From contig OX597820.1 in NCBI GenBank assembly GCA_951406725.2, forward strand, positions 120,528,001 through 120,592,000: DNA of 64,000 nucleotides, read 5' to 3'. Positions within the stretch are counted from its first letter, which is position 1. The number at the start of each line of letters is the position of its first letter. Made by a program: the position numbers and the translations under genes. Source of the stretch: Octopus vulgaris. Taxonomy: Eukaryota. The notes beneath the pieces were generated by a model. The model was given only the letters and a program-made list of their open reading frames with translations. It was not told the DNA's origin and ran no database searches. This document shows positions 27,990-42,180 of the stretch, one piece after another.

Positions 27990-28089
27990 NNNNNNNNNNN
28001 NNNNNNNNNNNNNNNNNNNNNNNNNNNNNNNNNNNNNNNNNNNNNNNNNNNNNNNNNNNNNNNNNNNNNNNNNNNNNNNNNNNNNNNNN
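27990..28089. other. Assembly gap (100 N)
   Basis: Run of N. Confidence 1.
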
Positions 28090-28236
28090 AAAAAATCAAC
28101 CACCCACAAACAAGACCAATCTGATAAAAACGGGTGCTAAATACGGCTTGGATTTTGATATTGTGAATGTCCTAGCCGTTGTTTGTATTATTGTTGCGGT
28201 TGTTGTTGTCGATGTTATTATTATTATTATTATTAC

Positions 28237-28300
<64 letters not shown>

Positions 28301-28476
28301 GTTATTATTATTATTAATACCGTTATCATTGTTATTGATAATAACTTGATGCGAAAATATATTACCAAATAATCTAACAGACCGTTAATAGAAATTAATA
28401 GACCATTAACTGATACAGAATTAAAATGCATATATTTTATCTCACACTCTTTCTTTCTCACTCCCTATTTCTCACT

Positions 28477-28520
<44 letters not shown>

Positions 28521-28611
28521 TATACATATATATATACATATATATACATATATACATATATACATATACATACATACATATATATATACATATATACATA
28601 TATATACATTG

Positions 28612-28665
<54 letters not shown>

Positions 28666-28738
28666 ATATACACACATATATATACATATATATGTATATA
28701 AATATATGTATACAATACAAATACACGCACACACACAT

Positions 28739-28804
<66 letters not shown>

Positions 28805-29889
28805 ATGTATGTAGTGCGTGTGTGATTGTGGCTAAAATTGTGCACCAAATGTGTAGGAATCTGAAGTATCACTTGCTTATAAAAGACTTTATCGATGCAG
28901 AGACAATATTATTTTTTCTGCTGCGGTCATCTCAAGAGTATTTGAAGAAATTTTGGTAGGCAGAAGTGTTAAAAAATATATATGCTTATATCTTATATTC
29001 ATTTACCGGAATCTGCATGTTCCTGAATCGGAAGTGTGTTTTCCTTTCAGGTTCAATGAAAGACGCAATGTGTAATTAGAAACGAAAATGAAATTGCTAC
29101 ATTGAAATTTGATGAGTTACCAATAGGTTAACGCTAGAAGATAGACTCTGAATTTATATGCTTAATTCTGATGGGCGGATAACTTGATATTAATCATCTA
29201 TTAATGTGCAAAATTAAGTAGTATTTACATGGCTTCTGCATCATGTGTTTGATGCAGTTCTTTATAAAAGGTGAATTGTAGTTTTGATAAAGAAAAAATT
29301 CTCCTCTCCCTAAACTGGTCAGATCTCCTCTTTGCGTATAGGCACTGAAATGGAAAATACAATATATGAAAGAGTTGTTATTTGAATATTTCTTAATAGA
29401 TATCGATGGAAATATCTGTAAAAACTCAATGAGAGATGGTGATATATATTAATTTCCCTTTTTTAAGGATAATAGCAGCCAGTTAAATCAGAAAATATTA
29501 TATACCGATGACACAAGACATATATCTTGATTATTTCTGTTTACAAAGAACACTTGCATCAAATTTGTTTAATGATTAAAAACGTGAAAACTAGAGAAAT
29601 AATTTAAATGATTCAATTTCTAAATTGACAACGACATTCTAAGTTCTGAGAAATAAATTCTCTTGTCTGATATTTGAAAATTTAACTACTTATACATACA
29701 TACATACACACTTACATACATACATACATGCATGCATACATACATGCATACATGCATACATATATGCATACAGACATACATTCATACATACATACATACA
29801 CATAAATACATACATTCATGCATACATACATACATACATACATACATACATACATACATACATACATACATACATACATACATACATAC

Positions 29890-31445
29890 ATTACAGCCGA
29901 ATATAAAGATTTGGGACTCGGAACTTTCTGCATTCGATAACACAGTGGCCCACAATGTGATTGCAGGGCTAATACTCAAGTAACATTTGGGCATCTTGAT
30001 ACATAAACGCTTGATGAGATCTGAGCCATTGATGTGAAAAGCCTGAAGTTACTAAAAAGCACACAGAATTTCCACATCAACAGTGCTGTAGACCGCTTTA
30101 CCTAAAACGATAACAAGGCGGCAGAGGCTTAACATCGATCCAAAATGTCGCATATCACTTTGAATGTCGCATAATATCCCTTTGAATGTCGCATAATATC
30201 CCTTTGAATGTTGCATAATATCGCCTTCGGCAGCATCTTTTAATCAAAAACTGTCGAAGAGCATTCCTTGACCAAATTTGCATAAACGAGGCTTCATAAC
30301 ATTCTAAGACTTAGAAATCAGCTCCCTGTACTGTGTTTCTTATCTGATAAACTTAAATACATGCACAAAGAGTCACTTATGTTTCCACTGCAACGTATCA
30401 ACAGGTGAAAGATGAGTGTATATAATCAGAAGACCATTCTTAGATATGTTAGTAGAAAGCTCTGGGCTGATAGTAACATTGATCATGAAAGCAGTTTATC
30501 ATGGACCAATAGCCAGATTACTACCTCCCATTTTGAAGGGTATACGTTTGCAATCCAGGAACGGGAAATATCAACCAAATACCTAATGCACCAAATGGAC
30601 AGAGATGCAAGAAAAGCAGTAAAATATAACAATGGACGCAGACTTTGTTGAATTAATCCCGAATATATTACCCACATCATAAGCAGTTGTCTGAAAATGT
30701 CATCATGGTATCTATCGATGAGACATGCTGCTGTAGCTAGGACACTGTATAACGAGATCTGTCGAAAGGAACAGAACGAGGACAAATAAATAAGAACTCA
30801 CAGTGTGGTGGGAAAATAGCCACTCATAATAAAAATGAGTATTGGTGGAATCTCCAAGTGAAAACCTTAATAAAATATAAACACAATGGATCTGATGTAA
30901 TGATTTAGGAAAGAGCTATGAAACTGCATGCAGTTGTGGAAATCAGCTGCCCAGCGGATGTTAATATAAAGCTGAAGACCAGCGGAAAAAGAGAGTACCT
31001 ATGCTGAACTATTGAGAAATCTGCAGTTACTCTATCTTGATAAGATGTTCAGGTTTATAACTGTGACTTATACCTGTAATTATTGGGGACGTGGAATATG
31101 TAACACACTGCCTAAATACCAATCTTGAGAAATTAAACTTTTGAAAATCAGAAACAAGAAAGCTAATTCGAAAACTTCAAATCCAATCTATCACTGGAAT
31201 TGTAAAAATCTGTAAAACTTACCAGAAGTTTGTTATTTAAGTATACATGAACATGTCTCAATATACAAGTATATGCATGAGAAGGCATACATAACACAAA
31301 ATATACAAATCCTGCACCTATACCTACCTACATACATTCATACATAAATGCATTCAAGCATGCATACGTACAAATGTACCCTATTGCTGATGAAGAAATT
31401 CCAATGAAGGTGCCTTGGATCTAAATTAGAAACCGGCTCTTTCTT
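29890..31445 (+). mobile_element. Decayed R4/Dong-type non-LTR retrotransposon with restriction-like endonuclease
   Basis: KIWDSELSA, QGGRGL, EGYTFAIQEREISTKY, RLC..EYITHIISSC (CCHC knuckle relic), HNGSDVMI..VVEISCPAD (PD-(D/E)xK region), PVIIG; many stops. Confidence 0.85.
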
Positions 31446-32714
31446 TATTTGTGAAATTTCTAGGATATTGAATAAAAAGAAGAGTTGCCTTACAGCTGTT
31501 TCAAGGATATTATAGATATCCCATCATTAGAGGCGATATGAGAGAGTTAAATAGAAGGAAATGGTTGAGTTCAATATAAGAAGTTATTTTGGAAAGGGAG
31601 GGATATAGGAAGTATAAAGGGAAATATGAGAATAAAAATAATGACATACGCATGATGATAAACTTATGTGCATCTGAGCACGAACACAAAAGAAACGTTT
31701 GCCTAAGTATCTTCTTCCTTTCAACTTCTACATCCATCTCTAAACAGGAATGTATACTTTTCCCGTTCATATTTGAATATTTTGCGTTTCAATAATGAAA
31801 CAGGAGCTTTTTTTGCTTAATCCTAAAGTTACATGAAGGAATTAATATACATACATACATACATAATATATACATACGCACACACACACACATACACACA
31901 TATATATACTCAACTACCCGTGACCCATTGTGTTAACGCGGAAAGTCTGCGTTTCCTAGCAACGGAATTTTATATCGTGTTTATTTTTTTTTGTTTTTCA
32001 GGTTATTTTGCATGCTTTCAACGAATGTGAGAAAGAAATCACGTGTAAATAGCTCCCTTCCCCAGAAAGAAAGATTTGGCTGCAATTTCTTGCATGCTTT
32101 GCTACCACGTTGCAGGTATTTCGTGTCTTTCATCGGAAATAGCAGTTAAGTGGTAACAGGGCGTGCTAGAAAGTAGCAGCCAAATCGTTGGAAGTAAGAT
32201 ACGTTGAATGCACTCGAAGAAAACCTATGGAAAATAATAATTTCACACTAAGGTTACGAACGAGCCTTTTACGAAATATTTATGCCAAAAAAGAATTTTT
32301 GTAATAGCATTCACTTGAAAATAATTAAAAAAGACCATTAAATTATTGTCTGTTTAAAGAAAGCTGTAATATAAATACTTATTGTACAAACAATCTACAT
32401 TTTTGGAATCAGATTCACTGAAAAATATTTCTAAATGATTAAAATATTGTGTTTAACGAAAGCGAAAATAGAAATATTTTTCGTTGTCAAGACACTGTAT
32501 AATCGAAAGGTAAGAGTTACTTCCCTTCCTGGATCAAGTTAATGTCAGAGACCTTTCTCATAATGCAACGTTTTGGGTATTTATACCCCGCAAACCCTTA
32601 ATATCTTTACAACTACTTATCCAATTTACACTGAATTTTTTTCATTCCGCTCCTATTTACATTTCAGGGGAGAACTTATTCGGGACCTTTACCTTTTTAC
32701 TTACAGATTTAAAA

Positions 32715-33082
32715 AATATTTTTTCTTAACTAAACACATTCAAACTCCGAACACTGGTAGAATGTGTCATATATAACATCCTTTACTCTTAGCATTTTTG
32801 AGAAGAACTTGTATTTACGAAGTAATTTCACGTTAAAGTAGTCCTATTTATGTAATTTCAAACAATCAATGACGTGTATTGAGATGAATAAAATTACTGC
32901 CATTGTTTGTCAACAAGAACTTCCGGTGGTGTATTTTTCGTTTGTCACTGTTATTTATGACAACGCTAACCCTAAAAGCTTAAAGCTAAAATCAGTACAA
33001 ACGCACGAATGATGTCATAAAGAACAGTGACAAACAACGGCAGTAATTTTATTCAGCTGAATACACGTCATTGATTGGTTGA
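32715..33082 (+). mobile_element. Diverged relative of the MITE family with an internal inverted repeat
   Basis: Shares actggtagaatgtgt and caatcaatgacgt.tattgag with MITE copies; 32861-32912 vs 33028-33080 inverted; residual CTAACCCTAAAA. Confidence 0.65.
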
Positions 33083-33097
33083 CGCAGGTCTGTGTGT

Positions 33098-33142
<45 letters not shown>

Positions 33143-34460
33143 GATATATATATACACATATATACCTGTGTACATGTTTATATAAATCAAATCAAATTTC
33201 TCACACATAACACTTTTACCAGGACTTTCATATCTGTTGGATAGACAAAGACACCCTGAATAAGTGAATGGTGTGATTGCTCCTGACCTTTGATTATCGT
33301 ATAGAAAGTTACAAGCATTGGGTGCCAGTTTATTGTGCAGACAATGATTTATTGGATAGATCTGTCGCAATGTTATGTATTGAAATTAGTTATGTTAATG
33401 TTTAGTATCACAAAGTCAATTTATAACTAGTGTTGCTAATGTGGTGATCAGGAATTTTTTTCATTCCATGGAAATACTTGTTCGTCTTTTGTTCTCATTC
33501 TGTCATGACTTAATTGTTTAAATATACATGTGGAGTTTCCTATGTACAAATATTTATTGCTGTATAACATACGATTTAATAGTTCATTACCGTCGATCTA
33601 TACGCAAGCAAGGTGTCAAGTTTTGCTGGTATTTAGTATACAATTTTAATGCCGGACGGGTTATCATATATCTTGTATTCGTGTAAATGACAACATAGTG
33701 AAGAGGTAACAGTTCATAAATGTTAAATATTTGCACACACTACAATGGATGCATTTTTTACTCTTTTTCAGTCGCATTACTTATAAAACCAGACGTCTCC
33801 GATGGTGTAATATGGAACTGGAATCGAACTTATTACAATACTTTAGCGTCCAGAAAAAATATATATTCGTTTTGTCTTACATTAAAGATATCAAAAGCAT
33901 AAGTTGAATAAATTAGAATTATTGAAACTAAAACATCAACCTTAGATTTCAAAATACCTGGAAGGTAATTTTGTTTAGTGTATTTTACCTGAGCTTCCAA
34001 CAGAAGAAATGTTGAAGAAAATATTTGATAATCCACTCTAACATTTAATAATGTGAAAATAGGAAGTGAATTTAAAGAGTAATTTGATGAATTAAATCAT
34101 CAACTTACTGTAGAGTCTATGAACTCGGCTTTTATAAACAGAGTAGTTGATGTTCATGGCAGTGTATTTGGAAGTTAGGAGAACATTTAAAATGAAAGAA
34201 AATCAAAATATTCTTTGACTGAAACCAAGAATAGAAACTTTAGCACAGAATTGACTTCACAGAAACATATAATTTCTTCTTTAACATTTCTTGAAACTAT
34301 CGGTCAAAATAATAAATTATCGAATAAAATCAATAAACTTGACTGGTGGCACTCCTCACAGTAAACAAAACATTTTAGAGAACAAATACATCCACTATCG
34401 AAATCATTAATGTAATTATGTTACTTTCGAAGATTTCCTGATTTTTCATTATTTTTCGTT

Positions 34461-34537
<77 letters not shown>

Positions 34538-35648
34538 GAGTTTTTGATATTATTTTTCATTTCTTTGTTTTCGTCAATTCTCTTACTGAAAAAAAGTAGC
34601 TATAAAATAAATTAGAAAAAATAAATTAAAATATAAAAATTGCGAGTCACTAAACAATCTCTTAAAATATCGAAAATTGTCTTCCATCTTCCCTACCCAC
34701 GATTCTCTTATATTTAAACATCGTTTATATCAACAGATACTTCTGCTTCTGTCTTGCTGCCATTTTCCAACATTTTATGCCACTGAAATTATTTATTTAG
34801 TTCAACGTTCTTGGTCTCTAATACCTGTATACTTGTCCTTGCTTTGATTTAGCTTCATGTCGTTCCCTATTCAGTATACCGATGTTCAATAGTATTCCAA
34901 GTACTACTGTCTCATATTTTATCTTCTAGGTGTCCAGAAGTTTTGAGAGAGCTTGAACTATACAAGAAAGCATGTAGAATCACCGCCATTGGTTGCTACG
35001 TCTATCCATTAAAAGTCAGTATGGTGTGAATTGACAGAAAATTAGCAGCTAGTTCTATCAATAACTGCAACGCGGTTCCGTCGGTGGTTAAAATTAACAG
35101 CTTACGCAAGTTAAAGTCAAGGAGTTACTAAGAAATATCATTAACAATTCACATGCTACATTTAAATCCTTCACCTCTCTGGAAACCAAATTGAAGTCAG
35201 ATATTAAGTATAGGTGTATGCAAAAGCAAATGGAATACTTTGAAACTAAATACGCGAAAAAATAAATGTCAGCAAATAGAAAAAAAAACAAGTGGAAAAG
35301 CAGTTAAGGTTTGGAGAATAGTAACTTAAGATGCGCCCTTCAATAGATGGCGTAACCGGTATGAACACATATGAAAGTGAGTCTAATAACAATACAATTA
35401 GGAAAAAGGATTATATTCAATCTCCTCATCCAAGTAATTATGTTATCCAATGAGAGAATGTTAATTTATGTGCTAATCTTAATTGCAATCGGGATACCAT
35501 GCGAAACATACGAAAAACATAACTTAATATAAATATAGAAATACAAATTTTATACACAATCTGTTACGAAATAATTTGTAAACTTCGAAACCTGATTACT
35601 GAGTCATAAAAATGTCTACAAATTACACCGACAAACATGCATTTGTCT

Positions 35649-35747
<99 letters not shown>

Positions 35748-36949
35748 CCTACCTATCTATCTATGTGTCTATCTATATATGAATCTATGTGTCTATCTAC
35801 CTACATATCTATCTACCTACCTATCTATCTATGTATCTCTCTATTTCTCTATCTATGTATGTATGTATCTGTCTGTCTATCTATCTACCCATCTAGCAGT
35901 CTGTCTGTGTGTCTAGATAGATATATCATTAACTAAAATAAACGAATAAATAAATTGATAGACGGATATGTATATAGAAGGTAGATAGATATATACACAG
36001 AATGATGGATATCGTTGTGTGCATGTTTTTGTTAGCATCATTTCAAATGAAAATGTGAAACAATGAACCTACGCAGCGATGGAAGCAAGACTATAACCAA
36101 TATGCTTTGCTTTGAAAAAAAACTAATATTTCCTAATGAAAAGAACATCGGGAGTAAAAACAGAAAACATGCCAAATTGGCCAAGTTTTATTTGCACCAT
36201 TCTAAATGAAACGTCTTTGATATTTGAGATGTTTGTTGATAAACTATAATACCTGCAGCTAGATTTTCTACTGATAAAATTAGAAAATTTGATTTACCAG
36301 TTTTAGGAATTAATCATTGCGTGGAAACAGTTCAAGCTTTTTCCCTTGCCGAGAGAAACAATATTCTATGTGTAGTTAGCAACTGTGTTTGTTTCACTAC
36401 TTTATATTTAAATATCCGATAGGTAGAATGTCCTAACATACAAAAGAAAAAAAAAAGAAGAGATTAAACCCCCAAAATGCCGGAATCAATAGTTGAATCT
36501 CTGCTAATGCAAAATATGTGCTTCACGAAAATATATTAACAAGGTTTGAAGAAAAATTCTGCACGCATCCGTTTAGTGTGTAATTGTATTTGCAACATTT
36601 TGATACTAATAACGCTAATATATATTACAAACCACCGAAAAAACAAAAGTCATTTGCTACAAATCAAATGCTGGTGAGTGGATACGGCGGAATTAGGATT
36701 TGCACACGGTATATGACACCGCATATCATTTTCATTATTTCTGGGGATTATCCGAAACATTTTGAGATTTTTGTGTTCTACACACTAGAAATCATGGGGC
36801 TATGCAAAAAGTATTGTTATATGCCGTACGCAACGCAAAAATACGCATTTAATACCTTATATTTGTTCATGAAAAAAAAATGTATATGTTCTTAACCACT
36901 TATTTTACAGCGTCTTTCTCTATTTCACCTTGTTATGGAATCCCTGAAT

Positions 36950-37728
36950 CAATTAGGGACCCTGAAAAATGTAGGGAATATTTCTATATTTGAGACGATG
37001 TATGTGACTAGTGAGTGTTGTGGATTTACTATGTTTCTCGTATCTAAAAGTATTGAGATGAGCAGCGTATCGTTGTTTAAAATTATGGTTGTACCTATAT
37101 ACATATAGCTGTAGACCTGTGTGATGTTGAAGACGGTGCATCTATAAATTATATTAGATCTCCTACACCGGGTTTGTAGTGGGCAGATTGACCAAGGACG
37201 TTACAGGTGGGTGCATTTTGGGGATTATTATCAGGAATGGAGGAGTTGATACTGTCAAAGGAGAGATTAGATGTGGGAGTAGAAAGGCCTAAGTTATGAG
37301 TATTGTTATTACTATTGTCATTATTATTGCTTTCGTTGTTGTTAATTATTCTATCTGTAAATGTGGTGGAAGTTGTGGTAGTATTCTAGATAGTGTTAGT
37401 AGAATAGGTTGGGTTATGACTGTGGTCTAACGTATGGGGTTCAATGGTGGAGCTGTTTATATATTAGGCGCTCGTGTATTCAGAGTTATAGTGCGTGTTT
37501 TCATAGTAGAGAGAAAGATTTGTTTATTAGAAGCTGCTATGACAGACTCGAAGTTGGGTGGGGTTGAATACGATAGCTTCAGGGTAGATCTATTAAAGAT
37601 AGAGTAATATTTATGTTGACGAAAGAAGTATATTCAAGAAGGGTGTACTGAAGTTCTTAAATTTTAGTGAGAAGGGTGATATATACCAAACAATAGAGTG
37701 TCCACAACTTTTTTGGGTGCTTAGGGCT
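36950..37728 (-). mobile_element. Decayed Penelope-like element (linker plus GIY-YIG region)
   Basis: IVWYISPFS..FLNIL, YSIFNRSTLKLSYSTPPN, FKQRYAAHLNTFRYEKHSKSTTLTSHIH. Confidence 0.75.
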
Positions 37729-37886
37729 AGTGTATGTACTTTATGCGCATATGCGTGTAACTGTGTGTAAGCGCGTATGTATATGTATGTATATGTGTGC
37801 GCATGCAAATGCGTGTATGAATGCATTCACGGATGCGCGTGAGTATGCATGTATATATATAATATATGTGTATGTATATGCGTATG

Positions 37887-37937
<51 letters not shown>

Positions 37938-38429
37938 ATATATGCGTGTGTGTCTGTATGTATGTATGTACGTGTGTGCACGCGTAGGTATATTATTATA
38001 ACGTCTTTATTCCTCCCTGATTTGACATCCTTGTATTCTTCCCTCCACCTTAATTTTTACTACTAAAACTTCTACCCCTTTTGGTATGACCCCCCACCCA
38101 TACCTTTACTTACCTAGCCATTAATGGAGCTCTATCATATTAACCCTACGCACATATCTCACCCGTATTCATTACTTACCTTCCATCTCCCACAAGTTTT
38201 CCGTCTTCCCCTCACGCTATCTTCACCAGCTACTGACTCATCTTTTCTCACTTCTTTCACCCTTTCTTCACCTTTTTCACTTTTCAATTTTTCTGTCTCT
38301 TTTGTTTCTTTCTTCATCTCATTTTTTCTTCCTGTTTTCATGTTTGTCTATCTCATCATTCTGATCATACACATTCCCGCCCCATCTCTCCAAAAATACT
38401 ACCAATACATTCTCAAATTTTCATTCATA

Positions 38430-38830
38430 CCTAAAGACACTTTCCAGTGAACAACACAGAATCCACGGCTCCATACTTAGAAATGACTAAACATGAACTA
38501 CTATTGGAACTTAAATACCATATACAGGAAACATTTTTACAACTTCTATACATCACTAACATTCAATAATGGAACTGCGACTACAATATCTGTATATTTT
38601 ACATCTTATTTCTACATACATTGTCATATTTCCCTCTATATTCCCTATCTCTTCTATTTCCCCCATAATAATATCTTATTCCAAATCAAATATTTACCAC
38701 TATTTAACCATCTCACATCGTCTCAGATCAAAGGATATCCATAATATCCCAGAAAGAGCTATAAGATTATATCTATATCTTTCTCCTTATAAATGTCATG
38801 AAAACCATTCAAAGCCTTGGCTTCCTCACC
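38430..38830 (+). mobile_element. Possible highly decayed Penelope RT-thumb remnant
   Basis: Weak motifs (..SQIKG..NIPERAIRL) only. Confidence 0.35.
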
Positions 38831-39825
38831 TCTTTTTTGAGTAATATGTATATATATGCATGCTAATACGAGGCCCACATTAGACTCCTCACTCGTGTCG
38901 CTATCGAACTATTTGTTTAACTAGGGACTGTCGATAGCACTTACTTAGCGTTACCTGCCACATATTGTGTCTTCTAGATAGCAATATCCATCATATATGT
39001 GTATATATATATACATATTTATTATCAAATCATTGAACGAGATGTAAACAGTAACCGCTCGACAATGTAAAGTATACTAGCCATCTCAATATGGCTACAA
39101 AGGGTGGATGTACATAGCCTCAGGAGATCATGTCTCCAACTGGCATTAGGCACACTGTCTGTGCCCTTATGGTATTTGCAAAGGGAGGCCATCACTTTCT
39201 CGTGAGTCTAAGTGATACGCACCGGACCGCGGTTTCGAGGTTGTTGCATAAAAACATAGCTTAAAAGTTATACTAAAATACAGCGAGGTACAGTCAAAAC
39301 GATAACAAATACAGACATCAACCGTAAATTATTTGATCCGTATTGAAATTATTTTCGCAATGGGGGCTGCCATTATTTCGGCGCAAAAGGAATCAGTCTT
39401 CCACACGACGGTTCGGGAATCTCTTTCATGATAACGCGTGGTGAAGAAGCTGAGGCTATTTTTGCCAGTGTGAGAAACCGGATCATGAGATCAAATACTT
39501 AAAATGTAAGTTTTGAGATTGTTTCAGTCCCTTTGCCTTCAGACGGTTGATTTCTATAGTTATTATTAGTGTAATTTGGAGATTTAAATAAGAATTTTGA
39601 CTGTTATTTCCAGCACGTAGATGTACTTCGTATGTCCTTTGATTGATTTTAATCCTTCAGGTATTTCATGCTTTTTTTATGCCTGGAATCACCTATATTA
39701 TTGATTCTGTTACTATCATTTTAAAATTGTTACTCTAGATAATAACAGAGTCAATGGTATCTTCGCAAATTATTGTTTCGTGAATTATTTTTTCTCCTGA
39801 ATTTTTATATATATGCATATATATT

Positions 39826-39990
39826 GTTGTTGGCATCATTTTTGTCTCGGGAGACAATGGATTTGCGCATAAAATAGTCCACTCCGGCTTTTACATTTCA
39901 TGCCCTGATACATTTCCTGCTGTGGCTGTGTAGTCCTATCCTGGACAAACACTCCCTCTGGCAGGTACCGCAAATGTAGTGAAGACTGTC
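39826..39990 (-). mobile_element. RTE-type LINE 3' end fragment
   Basis: Minus strand CKSRSGLF followed by GCGCAAATCCATTGTCTCCCGAGAC..ATGCC(AAC)n, resembling RTE 3' ends. Confidence 0.45.
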
Positions 39991-40046
39991 CCTGGCTGGT
40001 TGTAGTGTCATAGATTCTTGTTGACGTTTTATCTTGCATATATATA

Positions 40047-40106
<60 letters not shown>

Positions 40107-40578
40107 GCTAGGGGCCATTTAAATGTCCTATAGTAAATGTCGTAAGCGGGCAAATGAAACATAATAAATCAAACTTTCTGCTTAATTGTGTATGGGAACC
40201 AAATTCGAGCTTGAAGTTATAAAATACTTACTGCTATCATCAACACAAATATTCCAAAGTATATAGTTACAAGTGTTTATACATATCAGTACGACAACCG
40301 ATGTCTCACAGCAATATACATACATTTGCACGTATATAAAGTGAAAGTCGAATTTATATTTTTCATCTCAACCTCGTGCTATTTATCAAAATAATGTCAC
40401 AGACAATGCGACTTTGATCCGAGTAAAAATATTTTAATCTATATTATATATATATTAAAGGATAAAATAATTTTATTAACTTTATCGAGTAATCAGCGTG
40501 AAATAGAAAAGCTCAAATGTAAATTTTATATACTTGCTCACATAGATATGTATAAGCACTGATAATTATATATATATA

Positions 40579-40612
<34 letters not shown>

Positions 40613-40729
40613 AAAGTTGGTTTGTGAAAGCATATAGAAAATAGTAAAAAGTGAAAAAATATAGGCTTGTTTTAAAAGGTTAAATATCTGAAGAATATAT
40701 AATTTTTTTCTTACAATGACATAGTTTAG

Positions 40730-40768
40730 AAGAAAGACCGGTTTCGCGTTTAGCTTTTCAAATTTCTT
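40730..40768 (-). ncRNA. Putative minimal hammerhead ribozyme (left-arm copy)
   Basis: AAGAAA-T-TTGAAAA-GC-TAAAC-GC-GAAA-CCGG-TC-TTTCTT on minus strand. Confidence 0.55.
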
Positions 40769-41354
40769 ACGTCGTTATGTTTATGTTGAGAAGAGTTATC
40801 ATTATGTTTATGTTGAAAAGAGTTCTAAATGGGGAGGTAATAAGTGATTTCTTCCGGTGTAAGGGAGATAATCGCTTAAATTTTTTTCCTTTCCTTTGGG
40901 GTGAATTTCTCAGTATAAGTATGTTGGAATGGTTAAGTTTGGGCTTGTACTTTTCAATGAAGAATGTTTCCTTGTTTAGTCTAGTTTGTGTTGATGATCC
41001 GATAGCACATTGGTAAAATGGAAAGATTAAAAATTGTGGTAGTAGTTGCTTTGCGCATTTCTCAATGTGCTCACTAAAAGGTATCATTCTGTATTCTGGG
41101 AATGCAATCTGTTGTCGATGCAGTGTGCATCTACGTCTGAGTGATAGTCCCGTGGATCCCACGTAGTCTTGGTGGCAGCCCGAGCATTTTATGACATAAA
41201 TTATGTTTTCAGAGGCACAAGTAAAATTAGATTTGATCTTGAATTTCTGTCCCTCTTTGAAGAGGAATTCTGATCCTTCTAGCAGGTTTGGACATGTTGC
41301 ACAGTTCGGTCTACCACATTTGTTTACTTTTGCATCCGTAATTTCAGAAAACAA
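40767..41354 (-). CDS. Penelope GIY-YIG endonuclease domain (fragment of a truncated element ORF)
   Basis: CGRPNCATC Zn motif, FTCASENIIYVIKCSGCHQDYVGSTGLSLRRR, RLNKETFFIEKYKPKLN; uninterrupted frame. Confidence 0.85.
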   Translation of the reverse strand: MFSEITDAKVNKCGRPNCATCPNLLEGSEFLFKEGQKFKIKSNFTCASENIIYVIKCSGCHQDYVGSTGLSLRRRCTLHRQQIAFPEYRMIPFSEHIEKCAKQLLPQFLIFPFYQCAIGSSTQTRLNKETFFIEKYKPKLNHSNILILRNSPQRKGKKFKRLSPLHRKKSLITSPFRTLFNINIMITLLNINITT

Positions 41355-41697
41355 TTTTGCCTTTGTGAGAATCTTTTTAAGTGATTTAGGTTGTTTGTAG
41401 CTTTTAATGATTTGGTGTATGTTTAGAATTTCCTTAATCTTTCCATTTTACCAATGTACTATCGGATCATCAACACAAATTAGACTAAACAGGGAAACAT
41501 TCTTCATTGAAAAGTACAAGCCCAGACTTAACCATTCCAACATAATTATACAGAGAAATTCACCCCAAAGGAAAGGAAAAAATTTTAAGCGATTATCTCC
41601 CTTACACCGGAAGAAATCACTTATTACCTCCCCTTATTTAGAACTCTTTTCAAAATAAACATAACGATAACTCTTCTCAACATAAACATAACGACGT

Positions 41698-41736
41698 AAG
41701 AAATTTGAAAAGCTAAACGCGAAACCGGTCTTTCTT
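41698..41736 (+). ncRNA. Putative minimal hammerhead ribozyme (right-arm copy)
   Basis: Identical motif: stem I AAGAAA/TTTCTT, 2-bp stem II, palindromic ACCGGT helix III, GUC cleavage triplet. Confidence 0.55.
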
Positions 41737-41861
41737 CTAAACTATGTCATTGTAAGAAAAAAAATCATAATATTCTTCAGACATATTGACTTAATTATAT
41801 ATTCTTTAACCTTTTAAAACAAGCCTTCTGTAGTTTTTTCACTTTTTACTATTTTCTATAC

Positions 41862-41937
<76 letters not shown>

Positions 41938-42004
41938 ACTCACACATATATATATATATACATATATATATGTATATGTATATATATATAATATATATAT
42001 ATGT

Positions 42005-42180
42005 AAACACAACAACGCGAGGACGTGGAACAAATATAGTATTATTGGACGCTCGGGAAAGATGGAAAGAAGTAGGCTATAACCTTTCGAGCGGAGTTCT
42101 TCGTCGAAAACATAGGAGAAGGAAAGATCCAGAGAAGGGAAGACAGAGGAAAAAAATCGCCAACGGTACACACGCGGTCA
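42005..42180 (-). mobile_element. Penelope pLTR-like repeat fragment
   Basis: Homologous to 11890-12065; decayed core TCGACGA-A..GCTC-GAAAGGTT at 42081-42107. Confidence 0.5.

Larger units (their letters stand above)
40633..41860 (-). mobile_element. 5'-truncated Penelope-like element with inverted terminal duplication, between (TA)n tracts
   Basis: 40633-41030 and 41434-41860 are near-identical inverted arms; GIY-YIG ORF on minus strand. Confidence 0.92.

Noticed and set aside
31388-31440. Hammerhead at the Dong 3'UTR (CTGATGA..GAAACCGG)
   Set aside because: No convincing stem II or stem I pairing could be drawn
40767-41354. Domesticated host GIY-YIG gene
   Set aside because: Truncated, embedded in an inverted-repeat Penelope structure, no splice or promoter evidence
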